DNA of 64,000 nucleotides from Candidatus Omnitrophota bacterium (GCA_018825985.1 JAHKAP010000052.1:6373-70372), one strand, 5' to 3'. Positions 1-9,921 are shown, numbered from the stretch's first letter. The notes: generated from the sequence alone by a model not told the origin. Numbers and translations are program-made.

Positions 1-1
1 T

Positions 2-397
2 GAAAAAATGGCCCACAAGATCGCTGAGGGTATAATTGCCTCCGGTTTAGAGGTAAAACTTTTTAATGTTGCCCAATCTGACCATACTGAAATAATACAA
101 GAGATGCTGGATGCCAAAGGTTATCTTTTTGGTTCTTCTACCCATGATAATAATATGCTGCCTGGCATGGGAGGTTTTATGGAATTTTTTAAAGGACTTA
201 AGCCTAAAAACAGGATCGCCGGGGTATTCGGTTCCTATGGCTGGGCAGGCGGAGCAGTAAAAGAGATTGAAGGAGTTCTTAAGGAAGCGGGTATAGAAAA
301 TATCCATCCTTCAATTTCATTCCAATATCTGCCGGATAAGGAAGAGATGGCAAAATGCCCGGTATATGGCCAAGATTTTGCCCAAAGAATAGAATAG
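2..397 (+). CDS. fprA: FprA-family flavodiiron protein, C-terminal flavodoxin domain (5' partial)
   Basis: Frame is open to the window edge; GSST..N and FGSYGWAGGA flavodoxin motifs; next to rubredoxin/SOR genes. Confidence 0.8.
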   Translation, partial: EKMAHKIAEGIIASGLEVKLFNVAQSDHTEIIQEMLDAKGYLFGSSTHDNNMLPGMGGFMEFFKGLKPKNRIAGVFGSYGWAGGAVKEIEGVLKEAGIENIHPSISFQYLPDKEEMAKCPVYGQDFAQRIE

Positions 398-406
398 GAG
401 GAGGGT

Positions 407-583
407 ATGATCCCCATAGAAGCTTTAAGGATTGCTTTAACCGAAGAAGCCAAAGCAATCGCCCTATACAGAAAATTATCCTTAGAACATAATTCAATAA
501 GAGAAGTGTTTGATTTTTTGATAACCGAGGAAGAGAAACACCAGCAGCTCCTTGAAAATAAAATCATAGAATTGACAAAATAG
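407..583 (+). CDS. Small ferritin/rubrerythrin-like protein (58 aa, not in ORF track)
   Basis: GGAGGAGG SD then ATG 407; [21 protein letters not shown]...EEEKHQQLL, a single ExxH helix pair; TAG 581-583. Confidence 0.8.
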   Translation: MIPIEALRIALTEEAKAIALYRKLSLEHNSIREVFDFLITEEEKHQQLLENKIIELTK

Positions 584-591
584 GAGGTGTG

Positions 592-750
592 ATGGCCAAA
601 TATCGTTGCAAAGTTTGTGGTTATATCTATGACCCTGCCGTTGGGGACCCTGATAACGGGATAAAGCCGGGGACTTCATTTGAAAGTTTACCGGATAATT
701 GGGTTTGTCCTGAGTGTGGGGTGGGAAAGAGTGAGTTTGAAAAAATATAA
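592..750 (+). CDS. Rubredoxin (52 aa, not in ORF track)
   Basis: [52 protein letters not shown]; GGAGG SD. Confidence 0.97.
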   Translation: MAKYRCKVCGYIYDPAVGDPDNGIKPGTSFESLPDNWVCPECGVGKSEFEKI

Positions 751-770
751 ACCAAAAAAGCGAGGTTAAT

Positions 771-1211
771 ATGGATACGTTTGTCTGTAAAGTCTGCGGA
801 TATGCTTCTTTTAGGGAAGCCCCGGAGAAATGCCCGGTTTGCGGAGCGGCTAAACAAGCTTTTCAGCTTATGCCGGATGTTATCAAGAAACCCATTGACC
901 CTAACAATCTCAATGACCTGGAGAAAAAACACATTCCGGTAGTTAAGATAAGTAAGGTTTGTGGTTTGGTTGGGCCGGGTTGCATTGACGCGCATATTAA
1001 GATCGGCGAGGTAATGCATGTAATGGAGGCCAAGCATTTTATAATGTACGTTGACGTGTATCATGATTATAATTTCCTCTGTCGGGTGCATTTGACTCCT
1101 GAAAAAATTAACCCGGTTATTAGCCTGCATTTAAAAGTCGTAAGCGGTAAGTTGCTGGCCCTGGAGAATTGCAATGTGCATGGCCGCTGGATAGCTGAGG
1201 TAGATTTATAG
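771..1211 (+). CDS. Superoxide reductase (desulfoferrodoxin-type) with N-terminal rubredoxin-like domain
   Basis: CKVCG...CPVCG plus EKKHIP, H..M...H and CNVHG ligand motifs. Confidence 0.85.
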   Translation: MDTFVCKVCGYASFREAPEKCPVCGAAKQAFQLMPDVIKKPIDPNNLNDLEKKHIPVVKISKVCGLVGPGCIDAHIKIGEVMHVMEAKHFIMYVDVYHDYNFLCRVHLTPEKINPVISLHLKVVSGKLLALENCNVHGRWIAEVDL

Positions 1212-1213
1212 CC

Positions 1214-1738
1214 ATGGCTCAACTTCCCCGGGAAGTGGTGGCATTTTTCCTGCAGCAGCATTTTGTGATTGTGACTACTATTGATAGGCAGGGCAGGCTG
1301 CATAATTCATGTAAGGGGATAGTGGATATCGCGCCGGACGGGAAGGTGTATCTTCTAGACCTTTATATGAAAAATACTTTTAATAATTTAAAAGCCAGGC
1401 CGGACATAAGCGTCACTGCGGTAGAGGAACATGAGTTTAGGGGATATTCGATTAAAGGCCGGGGTTCGATAGTCAAAAGAGATGACCTCTCTCCTAAGAT
1501 CATCAGCAAGTGGGATGAGTTGCTCACCCAGCGGATCTCCCAGCGTATAATCAAGAATATCCATAACGGAAAAGCTCAGAAACAGCATCCGGAAGCGCTT
1601 TTACCCAAACCCGCGTATATGGTCTTAGTTAAAGTAGAAGAGGTGGTGGATCTGTCTCCACAACATATCAAAAAGGGGAGTAGAAATGGGCAATATCTTA
1701 ACCGCAAGCGAGATAGTGGAATTAGGTATTCAGATTGA
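1214..1738 (+). CDS. Pyridoxamine 5'-phosphate oxidase-family FMN-binding protein
   Basis: Split-barrel pattern (VIVTTID.QG..H.S.KG; TFNNLK.RP.ISV). Confidence 0.7.
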   Translation: MAQLPREVVAFFLQQHFVIVTTIDRQGRLHNSCKGIVDIAPDGKVYLLDLYMKNTFNNLKARPDISVTAVEEHEFRGYSIKGRGSIVKRDDLSPKIISKWDELLTQRISQRIIKNIHNGKAQKQHPEALLPKPAYMVLVKVEEVVDLSPQHIKKGSRNGQYLNRKRDSGIRYSD

Positions 1739-2168
1739 GAAGAACGGCTACGATTTTTATACTGAAGTAGCATCAAAGTCTATAGAGCCAAAAGCCAGGG
1801 GGAGGTTTGAATATCTGGCGGGTGAGGAAAAACAGCATATCAGCGTTTTTCAGGAGATATTGGATAAAGTTGATAAATATGAGCCGGCTGAAAGTTATAC
1901 CGGAGAAAACAAGGATTATTTGAATGCCTTGGCCAGCGAAAATGTTTTTACCCGGGAAGGTAAAGGTAAGGAGATCGCAAGGGCAATAGACTCCGAAAAG
2001 AAAGCGATTGATATGGCGATAAATTTCGAAAAAGATTCAATCAACCTTTTTTCAGTTATGAAGAAGGCGGTCCCTGCCCAGCAGCATAATATAATAGAGG
2101 CTCTTATCCAGCAGGAACAGGGGCACCTGGTTCTGCTGGTTGAAATTAAACAAACCCTTAAAATATAG
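1686..2168 (+). CDS. Ferritin/rubrerythrin-family protein
   Basis: Two E...Y...EExH-type helix pairs (IEKNGYDFY...EEKQH; FEKDSI...QEQGH). Confidence 0.85.
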   Translation: MGNILTASEIVELGIQIEKNGYDFYTEVASKSIEPKARGRFEYLAGEEKQHISVFQEILDKVDKYEPAESYTGENKDYLNALASENVFTREGKGKEIARAIDSEKKAIDMAINFEKDSINLFSVMKKAVPAQQHNIIEALIQQEQGHLVLLVEIKQTLKI

Positions 2169-2177
2169 AGGTTATCG

Positions 2178-2414
2178 ATGAATAAAAAAATCACGGTTTA
2201 CAGTACCCCTACCTGTCCTTACTGCATCAGGGTAAAGCAATTTTTAAAAGACAATAATATTTCATTTGAGCATCACGATGTTTCCGTAGACCAGGAGAAA
2301 GCCGAGGAGATGATTAAGAAATCAGGCCAGATGGGCGTTCCGGTCCTGGATATCGAAGGCGAAATAATTATCGGATTTGACAAAGAAAGAATCAAGGAAT
2401 TATTAGGCATATAG
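2178..2414 (+). CDS. Glutaredoxin-like (NrdH/YruB-type) protein
   Basis: YSTPTCPYC and GQMGVPV motifs. Confidence 0.92.
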   Translation: MNKKITVYSTPTCPYCIRVKQFLKDNNISFEHHDVSVDQEKAEEMIKKSGQMGVPVLDIEGEIIIGFDKERIKELLGI

Positions 2415-2422
2415 GCGATTTT

Positions 2423-3343
2423 ATGTATGATTTGATTATCATAGGCGCCGGACCTGCCGGGATCACCGCCGGGATTTACGCTGCCCGCAAGAAGATGGAT
2501 ACCCTGATCATTACCAAGGATGTAGGCGGACAGACAGCCTGGAGCGGTGATATAGAAAATTATACCGGTTATCAATTTATCAGCGGCTTGGATTTAGTGG
2601 CTAAATTCGAAGAGCATATCCGTAAATATGCGATTCATTTAAAAGAGGGCGAAGAAGTCGAAAGCCTCAATAAGGTCCGAGATGTAGTATATCTTAAGAC
2701 CAATAAGGCTGAATATGAAGCCAGGACCGTGATTATAGCTTCTGGAAAAAGGTCAAAAGAATTAGGTGTTCCCGGAGAAAAGGAATTTAAAAATAGAGGG
2801 CTCACCTTTTGCGCTACCTGTGACGGCCCTTTATTCTCCGGAAAGGATGTGGCTGTTATCGGCGGAGGAAATTCTGCTCTGGATGCGGTTCTACAATTAG
2901 CCCGTATCGCAAAAAAAGTATACGTTATCAATAATACAATATCTTTAGGCGCAGACGCGATAATGCGGGAAAAGGTCATCCAGGCAAACAATGTAATTTT
3001 ATTCAATCAGGCCAGAGTTATCGCTATCACCGGGGATAAATTCGTAAGCGGGATCAAGATAAAAGCCCAAGATGAAGAGAAGAGTATATCCTTAGATGGT
3101 GTTTTTGTGGAGGTAGGGTTAAAACCAAATTCCGAGTTCGCGCCTGATGCAGAGAAAAACGCGATTGGAGAAATAAAAGTAAATTGCAATAATGAGACTA
3201 ACCTCCCCGGCATCTTTGCAGCCGGCGATGTAACTGATATCCAGGGTAAGCAGATAATCATTGCCTGTGGCGAAGGGGCGAAATCCTGCTTGTCGGCGTT
3301 CAGTTATCTTAATCAGCATAAATTCAGCGATGATAAAAATTAG
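2423..3343 (+). CDS. trxB: Thioredoxin reductase
   Basis: GAGPAG, CATCDG, GGGNSA and FAAGD motifs. Confidence 0.92.
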   Translation: MYDLIIIGAGPAGITAGIYAARKKMDTLIITKDVGGQTAWSGDIENYTGYQFISGLDLVAKFEEHIRKYAIHLKEGEEVESLNKVRDVVYLKTNKAEYEARTVIIASGKRSKELGVPGEKEFKNRGLTFCATCDGPLFSGKDVAVIGGGNSALDAVLQLARIAKKVYVINNTISLGADAIMREKVIQANNVILFNQARVIAITGDKFVSGIKIKAQDEEKSISLDGVFVEVGLKPNSEFAPDAEKNAIGEIKVNCNNETNLPGIFAAGDVTDIQGKQIIIACGEGAKSCLSAFSYLNQHKFSDDKN

Positions 3344-3971
3344 AAGGGCCAGGCAATTTTTTATGGCTGCAGTTTTTATGGCAGTATTTATTTTTGGCTG
3401 GATTTACCCTATTCTGGGATTTTTTATACCTCTATGCATGATCTTAGGGATAGGTATAGGGTTGTTTAAAGGCAGGAAATTCTGCGACTGGTATTGCCCC
3501 AGGGGAAGTTTTTATGACGCCTGGTTTAAGTCCTTGAGTCCGCAAAGAAAGATACCGGCCCTATTTAAGAATATCTATTTTCGTTTGGGGGTGTTATTAT
3601 TTCTGATGGCGGTAATGGTGGTTAACCTGTTTTACCGCTGGCCAAACCCTATTAATATAGGTATGTTTTTTGTGATTATGATGACTTCCACAACTGTTTT
3701 GGGTGTTGGTTTGGCGCTATTTTTCCATCAGCGCAGCTGGTGCTCGTTTTGCCCTGTGGGCACGATTGCCAATTTAGCCGGCAGGAATAAATTTAGCCTC
3801 ATGATAAATTCCCAGGATTGTAACGAATGTAAGGCCTGCGCTAAAGTTTGCCCCATACAGATCGAGCCTTATAAATTCAAAAAAACAGGCATCCGGGAAG
3901 TAAAAGATTTTGATTGCCTAAAATGCGGCACCTGCGTCGCAGCCTGCCCTAAAAAAGCCTTAAGTTTTTAA
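3330..3971 (+). CDS. Membrane 4Fe-4S binding protein (NapH/YccM-like); start probably ATG 3330
   Basis: CDWYCP and WCSFCP motifs, two CxxCxxCxxxCP motifs, TM segments. Confidence 0.8.
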   Translation: MIKIRRARQFFMAAVFMAVFIFGWIYPILGFFIPLCMILGIGIGLFKGRKFCDWYCPRGSFYDAWFKSLSPQRKIPALFKNIYFRLGVLLFLMAVMVVNLFYRWPNPINIGMFFVIMMTSTTVLGVGLALFFHQRSWCSFCPVGTIANLAGRNKFSLMINSQDCNECKACAKVCPIQIEPYKFKKTGIREVKDFDCLKCGTCVAACPKKALSF

Positions 3972-3981
3972 AGGATAGATT

Positions 3982-4791
3982 ATGCTTAGGATACTCTTTA
4001 ATTTAGGCCCAATAAATATTTATTCTTACGGGTTAATGCTGGCCCTGGCATTTTTATCCGGGATGTATTTAATTGAAAAAAGAGCCCGGAAGCAGGGTCT
4101 GAATAAAAACAAAATTCTGGATCTGGTTTTTCTTATTCTTTTTTCTGCAATCCTGGGCGCGAGGGCATTATTCGTTATACTAAACTGGGATTATTACAGG
4201 TCTGACCTAATTGGTATTTTAAAGGTTTGGGAAGGCGGCCTGGTTTTCTACGGCGGATTGATCCTGGCTTTTTTTGCCAGCGTTTGGTTTTTAAAAAAGA
4301 ATAAACTATCTTTCTGGAAAACAGCGGATATTCTAAGCCCGGCATTAGCCTTGGGAGAAGTTTTTGGCAGGATCGGATGTTTTTTGAACGGGTGCTGTTA
4401 TGGTTTGATTTCCGAAAAGTGGGGGATTAGTTTTCCGGCGCGGGATAATCCTCCGGCTTTTTCCCAACAGGTCTTTGATGGCCTGATATCCCCGGCAGCA
4501 AGATGTTCATTGCCGGTGATCCCGACCCAGATCTATTCTGCCCTGGCTGGCCTGGCGATATTTTGTATACTCCTGGTTTTGGAGAAGAAGAAAAGTTTTG
4601 ACGGATTTTTATTCTGGGTTTTTATCCTGCTTTATTCCTTATTTAGGTTTGTAATCGAAAGCTTTCGTTATTACGAAAAAAACTTTTTTGTTCTCAATAA
4701 TCTGACCATATCCCAGGTCATCAGTATAGTTTTGGTTATAATTTCCCTGGTTTTTTTAGTCAAAGGCAAAAAGCAGGCAGAAAACAGGTGA
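3982..4791 (+). CDS. lgt: Prolipoprotein diacylglyceryl transferase
   Basis: YSYG, GGLVFYGG, GRIGCFLNGCCYG and PTQIY motifs. Confidence 0.93.
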   Translation: MLRILFNLGPINIYSYGLMLALAFLSGMYLIEKRARKQGLNKNKILDLVFLILFSAILGARALFVILNWDYYRSDLIGILKVWEGGLVFYGGLILAFFASVWFLKKNKLSFWKTADILSPALALGEVFGRIGCFLNGCCYGLISEKWGISFPARDNPPAFSQQVFDGLISPAARCSLPVIPTQIYSALAGLAIFCILLVLEKKKSFDGFLFWVFILLYSLFRFVIESFRYYEKNFFVLNNLTISQVISIVLVIISLVFLVKGKKQAENR

Positions 4792-6965
4792 AGATGAATA
4801 ATAAAATAGTGCTGGATATTTCCGGGATGCATTGCGCCTCCTGCGCTTTAAATATTGAACAGTCATTGAAAAAAGTTGCCGGCGTAATTGGTTCCCGGGT
4901 TAATTTCGCTTCAGAAAAGGCATATATTGAGTTTGATCCCGATAGGTTAAATGTCCAGGATTTTATCCGGATAGTTGAGCACAGCGGGTATAAGGCCGCT
5001 GTTCCCGGGACAATGGATGCGGAAAAAGAGTCCCGGGATAAAGAAGTTAAGGCTTTAAGGACGAAATTCATCATCGCTCTGATCCTTTCATCCATCCTGA
5101 TGGTTATATCAATGATAAAGCATACACAAATGGTTATGCCCCAGTTTGTCTTATCTACTGCGGTATTGGTCTGTGGCTATCAGTTTTTTATCCGGGGGAT
5201 AACCGTGGTTTTTAAAAACAAACAGGCGAATATGGATACCCTGGTAGCTTTGGGGGTAGGCAGCGCCTATTTTTATAGTTTATGGGCAAGTCTTTTTGGA
5301 GGCGCTAATCTTTATTATGAGTCAGCCGCTTTTTTGCTTACTTTTATTTTATTGGGTAAATACCTTGAAGCAGCGACCAAGAGAAAGACTTCTCAGGCTA
5401 TCAGGCGACTCTGGGGATTAAGGCCCAAAACAGCTTTGGTTATCCGTGAGGATAAGGAGCAAGAGGTTGCCGTGGAAGATTTAGTAATTGGGGATATTAT
5501 TATTGTTAAACCCGGCCAGAGCATACCGGTGGACGGTAAGGTTATGCACGGTTATTCCAGCGTAGATGAGTCAATGGTGACCGGAGAGAGCTTGCCAATA
5601 GAGAAGACCATCAATTCCATGGTTATCGGGGGGACAATAAATAAATCCGGCTCCTTTAAATTTCAGGCCGAAAAAATAGGTAAAGATACCATTCTGGCCC
5701 AGATCATTAAATTAGTGGAAGAGGCCCAGGGGTCTAAGGCCCCTATCCAGAAGCTGGCAGATAAAATTTCGGGTTTTTTTGTGCCGGCTGTTTTATTGAT
5801 AGGTGCGCTGACGTTTATGATCTGGTTTTTTCTGGGGAAAAACCCTGATTTGGCCTTAAGTAATTTTATCTCGGTATTAATCATCGCTTGCCCTTGCGCC
5901 TTGGGGCTGGCTACTCCTACGGCTGTGATGATGGGAACAGGTATAGGAGCGAACAACGGCATACTTATTAAGAACGCCTCCAGTCTTGAGATTACCCATA
6001 AATCCGGGGTGGTTGTTTTTGATAAAACCGGGACCCTGACCGAAGGAAGGCCGTCTTTGACCGATGTAGTATTAATGAGAGCTAAAGATAGACGGGAAGT
6101 TTTGAAATACGCGGCCATAGCCGAGAAACGTTCCGAGCATCCTTTGGCCGAGGCTATTATGGCTGAGGTCAAGAAAGAAGATTTAGATATTCCTGACCCG
6201 GATTTGTTTAATTCCCTGGCCGGGAAAGGGGTGATTGCCAGGTTTAATTCAGAGGTAATAATTTTAGGGAATCGGAGGTTGTTCGGCGAAAGAAAGATTG
6301 ATTATTCTAATTTAGAAGATAAATTAGCGGCATTAGAAGCCCAGGGTAAGACTGTGATGATGGCCGGGTATAAAAACGAAATTTTGGGGATACTGGCTTT
6401 CGCAGATACCTTAAAAGAAACAGCTAAATCTACGGTAGAGGTGTTAAATAAAATGGGCAAAGAAGTCATAATGATCAGCGGAGATAATCTGGCTACAGCC
6501 AAAGCGATCGCGAAGGCCGCAGGCATAGAAAGAGTTTTGGCTGAAGTTCTGCCGCAGGACAAGGTTCAAGAGATAAAGAATATTCAGGCTAAAGGTTCGA
6601 CGGTGGTTATGGTGGGAGACGGGATAAATGACGCTCCGGCATTAGCCCAGGCTGATGTAGGCATCGCAATAGGTGCGGGAACGGATATAGCCATGGAATC
6701 GGCGGATATTGTATTGATCAGGGATGATTTGTTGGGCGTGATCCTGGCTATTGACTTATCTCGGTATACCTTAAGAAAGATTCGGCAGAATCTTTTCTGG
6801 GCTTTCTTTTATAACAGCATAAGCATACCTGTAGCCGCAGGCCTGCTATATCCGTTTTTTAAAATCTTGCTTAATCCTGTAGTTGCCGCCCTGGCCATGA
6901 CTTTCAGCTCAGTTTCAGTTGTGGTTAATTCGCTTATGATGAAAAGATACTGTTTTAGGCGGTAG
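4788..6965 (+). CDS. copA: Cu(I)-translocating P1B-type ATPase
   Basis: GMHCASC HMA domain, TGES, CPC, DKTGT, SEHPL, GDGIND, YN and SS motifs. Confidence 0.95.
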   Translation: MKMNNKIVLDISGMHCASCALNIEQSLKKVAGVIGSRVNFASEKAYIEFDPDRLNVQDFIRIVEHSGYKAAVPGTMDAEKESRDKEVKALRTKFIIALILSSILMVISMIKHTQMVMPQFVLSTAVLVCGYQFFIRGITVVFKNKQANMDTLVALGVGSAYFYSLWASLFGGANLYYESAAFLLTFILLGKYLEAATKRKTSQAIRRLWGLRPKTALVIREDKEQEVAVEDLVIGDIIIVKPGQSIPVDGKVMHGYSSVDESMVTGESLPIEKTINSMVIGGTINKSGSFKFQAEKIGKDTILAQIIKLVEEAQGSKAPIQKLADKISGFFVPAVLLIGALTFMIWFFLGKNPDLALSNFISVLIIACPCALGLATPTAVMMGTGIGANNGILIKNASSLEITHKSGVVVFDKTGTLTEGRPSLTDVVLMRAKDRREVLKYAAIAEKRSEHPLAEAIMAEVKKEDLDIPDPDLFNSLAGKGVIARFNSEVIILGNRRLFGERKIDYSNLEDKLAALEAQGKTVMMAGYKNEILGILAFADTLKETAKSTVEVLNKMGKEVIMISGDNLATAKAIAKAAGIERVLAEVLPQDKVQEIKNIQAKGSTVVMVGDGINDAPALAQADVGIAIGAGTDIAMESADIVLIRDDLLGVILAIDLSRYTLRKIRQNLFWAFFYNSISIPVAAGLLYPFFKILLNPVVAALAMTFSSVSVVVNSLMMKRYCFRR

Positions 6966-6990
6966 GGGGTGTTTTTCCAAGCGTATTTAT

Positions 6991-7019
6991 TTGCCTAAAG
7001 AGTATTACTTTGGTATAAT
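6991..7019 (+). promoter_or_regulatory. Sigma70-type promoter of DUF39 operon
   Basis: TTGCCT-17 bp-TATAAT with TG extension. Confidence 0.6.
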
Positions 7020-7135
7020 TTAATGAAATAAAAAGGGTTTTATTCCCGCTATCGCTGGATTTCACCGATCGCCTGCCAGCCGGCGAGGTAGGTGCATTAT
7101 GGTTAAAAAATTGTGTTCACGGAGGTAAATAGGTT

Positions 7136-8338
7136 ATGAAGACGATTGCTGAGATTAACCAGAAGATCAAAAAAGGCGAAGTAGTAGTGGTAACCGCCGA
7201 AGAGATTATTGATCTGGTGGAGAAAAAAGGCTTAAAAAAAGCAGCCCAGGAGGTGGATGTAGTCACAACCGGTACTTTCGGCCCGATGTGCTCTTCCGGG
7301 GCTTATTTTAATATCGGCCATTCTAAGCCAAAGATAAAGATCGGGGGTGGCGCCTGCCGGCTGAATGATGTTCCGGTTTATACCGGATTCGCGGCTATGG
7401 ATATTTATTTAGGGGCTACGGCTCTTCCGGATGATGATCCGTTAAATAAGGTTTATCCGGGTGAGTTCCGTTACGGCGGAGGGCATGTTATCCAGGAACT
7501 GTTGGAAGGAAAAGATATTCGCCTGGAGGCGACAGCTTACGGAACAGATTGTTATCCCCGCAAGAAACTGGACACCTATATATCCTTAAAAGATCTGAAT
7601 GAAGCAGTGCTTTTTAACTTACGTAACTGTTATCAGAATTATAATGTGGCGGTCAACCTTTCGGATAGGATTTTATATACCTATATGGGGGTGCTCAAGC
7701 CTAATTGCGGGAATGCCAATTATTGTTCTGCCGGGCAATTATCACCGCTTTTAAATGATCCTTATTATAAGACTATTGGTATTGGCACCCGGATATTCTT
7801 AGGCGGTGGAATTGGTTATGTAGCCTGGCAGGGGACTCAGCATAATCCTAATGTTAAGAGAAAGGATAATGGGGTGCCTTTTGCGCCAGGCGGAACTCTG
7901 GCGGTTATCGGAGACCTGAAACAGATGGAATCCCAGTGGCTCAGGGGCACCAGTATGTTGGGGTATGGAGTAACATTAAGCGTAGGAATCGGCGTGCCTA
8001 TTCCGGTATTAAATGAGGAGATCGCTCAGTTTTGCGCGGTTAAGGACGAAGAGATTTACGCTTATATAATCGATTATTCCCAGGCTTACCCGCAAGGCAT
8101 GCCTGGGACATTAGGAGAGGTTAATTATAAACAGCTGAAGTCCGGTAAGATTAATCTTCAGGGCAAAGAAATATCAACAGGAGCGCTCTCCAGTTATTCT
8201 AAGGCTAAAGAGATCGCCGAAGAATTAAAATCCTGGATAAAAAAAGGTGATTTTCTATTGAGCGATCCAGTAGCGCCTTTGCCTGGAGTTGAATCCGGAT
8301 ATAGCTTTAAACCGTTGAAAGAACGGCTCATTAAATAA
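7136..8338 (+). CDS. DUF39 homocysteine biosynthesis protein (L-aspartate-semialdehyde sulfurtransferase, MJ0100/MA1821 family, no CBS domain)
   Basis: MKTIAEINQKI...VDVVTTGTFGPMCSSGA signature; NIL-ferredoxin partner downstream. Confidence 0.9.
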   Translation: MKTIAEINQKIKKGEVVVVTAEEIIDLVEKKGLKKAAQEVDVVTTGTFGPMCSSGAYFNIGHSKPKIKIGGGACRLNDVPVYTGFAAMDIYLGATALPDDDPLNKVYPGEFRYGGGHVIQELLEGKDIRLEATAYGTDCYPRKKLDTYISLKDLNEAVLFNLRNCYQNYNVAVNLSDRILYTYMGVLKPNCGNANYCSAGQLSPLLNDPYYKTIGIGTRIFLGGGIGYVAWQGTQHNPNVKRKDNGVPFAPGGTLAVIGDLKQMESQWLRGTSMLGYGVTLSVGIGVPIPVLNEEIAQFCAVKDEEIYAYIIDYSQAYPQGMPGTLGEVNYKQLKSGKINLQGKEISTGALSSYSKAKEIAEELKSWIKKGDFLLSDPVAPLPGVESGYSFKPLKERLIK

Positions 8339-8371
8339 TTGGATTAACTGAGTTTACAATGGAGGCTTACT

Positions 8372-8596
8372 ATGGATAGGGCGCAAATAGAAAAGGCTTT
8401 GGATAAAGTAAGAGGTATGCTGGCCATGGACGGAGGAAATGTAGAATTAGTGGATGTTTCTGATGATGGGATAGTTAAGGTGAAGCTCACCGGTTCCTGC
8501 GGCTGTTGTCCGATGAGCCAGATGACTTTAAAAATGGGAATTGAGCGGGCCTTAAAACAGGAAGTCCCGCAGGTAAAAGAGGTGGTTTCAGTATGA
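8372..8596 (+). CDS. NifU/NfuA C-terminal domain Fe-S carrier
   Basis: DGGNVELV...[18 protein letters not shown]. Confidence 0.92.
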   Translation: MDRAQIEKALDKVRGMLAMDGGNVELVDVSDDGIVKVKLTGSCGCCPMSQMTLKMGIERALKQEVPQVKEVVSV

Positions 8597-9000
8597 TTAC
8601 TAAACGCATAGTTTTACATTTTCCCCAACGGCTGGTGGATAAGCCGATAGTTTACAAATTAATCAGGGATTTTAACCTGGAATTCAATATCCTCAAGGCT
8701 TATGTTACTCCTCAGGAGGAGGGGCTGATGGTTTTAGAGCTTAAAGGAAAAGACGAAGATTACCAGAAAGGGATAAAATATCTCGAGTCCTCAGGGGTAA
8801 AGATTCAGCCTTTAAGCGAGGACATCATTCGTAATGAAACTAAGTGCACCCATTGCGGCGTATGTGTTCCTATTTGTCCTACTCAGGCCCTGGCGGTTGA
8901 TCTGATCACCCGCAAGGTTAATTTCTACGACACAAAATGCATTGCCTGTGAAGTCTGCATCAAGGCTTGTCCCACCCACGCCATGGAAGTGCATTTCTAA
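8593..9000 (+). CDS. NIL domain + 2[4Fe-4S] ferredoxin (MA1822-like)
   Basis: EFNILKA NIL motif; two CxxCxxCxxxCP motifs. Confidence 0.9.
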   Translation: MITKRIVLHFPQRLVDKPIVYKLIRDFNLEFNILKAYVTPQEEGLMVLELKGKDEDYQKGIKYLESSGVKIQPLSEDIIRNETKCTHCGVCVPICPTQALAVDLITRKVNFYDTKCIACEVCIKACPTHAMEVHF

Positions 9001-9006
9001 ATAAAA

Positions 9007-9843
9007 ATGCAAGATAAAATTCTGGATTTCCTAAAGTTGAAACAGGATATATCAGGTGCTCACCCGGAGAGATTATCCTCAGCAGGTGTCACCCATCAAT
9101 TGCATACTAAATTTATCGGGCGTAAGGTTTATTATTTCCAAAAAGTAGTTTCTACGATGGACGTGGCAATGCAGTGGGTTACTAAAGGCGCCTGCGAAGG
9201 GGCTTTAGTACTGGCTGAGACTCAGACTAAAGGCAGGGGAAGATTAGGCAGGTTTTGGTCATCGCCTAAATATAAAGGTTTATATTTTTCTTTGATTTTG
9301 AAACCTAAGATCCTGCCATCCGAGGCCTCTATATTTACTCTAATGGCGGCTGTATCTATATGTGAGGCAATTAAAGAGACGACTGAGTTGGAGCCTCAGA
9401 TAAAATGGCCAAATGATATCCTGATCCAGAATAAGAAAGTCGGCGGGATATTAACTGAATTAGACGCTGAAATGGATGAAGTGCGTTTTCTGGTTATTGG
9501 GATTGGCCTGAATGTGAATAATGATAAGGCCGGCATTGTTCTGGGCGCTACCTCTTTAAAGGAGCAGAAGAAAGAAGAAATAAACCGCTTAAGCCTGCTT
9601 CAGGAGATACTGCGCCGGATCGAGGATAATTATCTTGTATTCCAGAAAGAGGGCCCGAGGCCGGTCCTTAAGAAATGGCGCGATTTTAATATTACCCTGG
9701 GTAAAAGGGTAAAGGTAAATTTTCATAAAAAGCATATTGAAGGAGTGGCGGTGGATATCGATGTTGATGGGGCTTTATTGGTGAGGGATAATCCAGGTTT
9801 GATCCATAGGTTTACTGCCGGGGATGTTACCCTCTGCCGGTAA
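9007..9843 (+). CDS. birA: Biotin-[acetyl-CoA-carboxylase] ligase with apparently deleted HTH
   Basis: QTKGRGRLGR, KWPND, KKVGGIL and GIGLNV motifs. Confidence 0.92.
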   Translation: MQDKILDFLKLKQDISGAHPERLSSAGVTHQLHTKFIGRKVYYFQKVVSTMDVAMQWVTKGACEGALVLAETQTKGRGRLGRFWSSPKYKGLYFSLILKPKILPSEASIFTLMAAVSICEAIKETTELEPQIKWPNDILIQNKKVGGILTELDAEMDEVRFLVIGIGLNVNNDKAGIVLGATSLKEQKKEEINRLSLLQEILRRIEDNYLVFQKEGPRPVLKKWRDFNITLGKRVKVNFHKKHIEGVAVDIDVDGALLVRDNPGLIHRFTAGDVTLCR

Positions 9844-9921
9844 AAAGAAGATTGCCTGCGGCTGTGGATTAAGGTATAATCACCAGAAATCCGAACCTTG
9901 GATTTAGATAAAGGAGTTTAG

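Noticed and set aside
1686-1738. 53-nt overlap between the PNPOx-like and ferritin-like genes
   Set aside because: Most simply a lost stop codon giving a short tail; no frameshift signal seen
7023-7031. ATG-AAA-TAA mini-ORF as a leader peptide
   Set aside because: It starts only 3 nt after the -10 hexamer, probably upstream of the TSS
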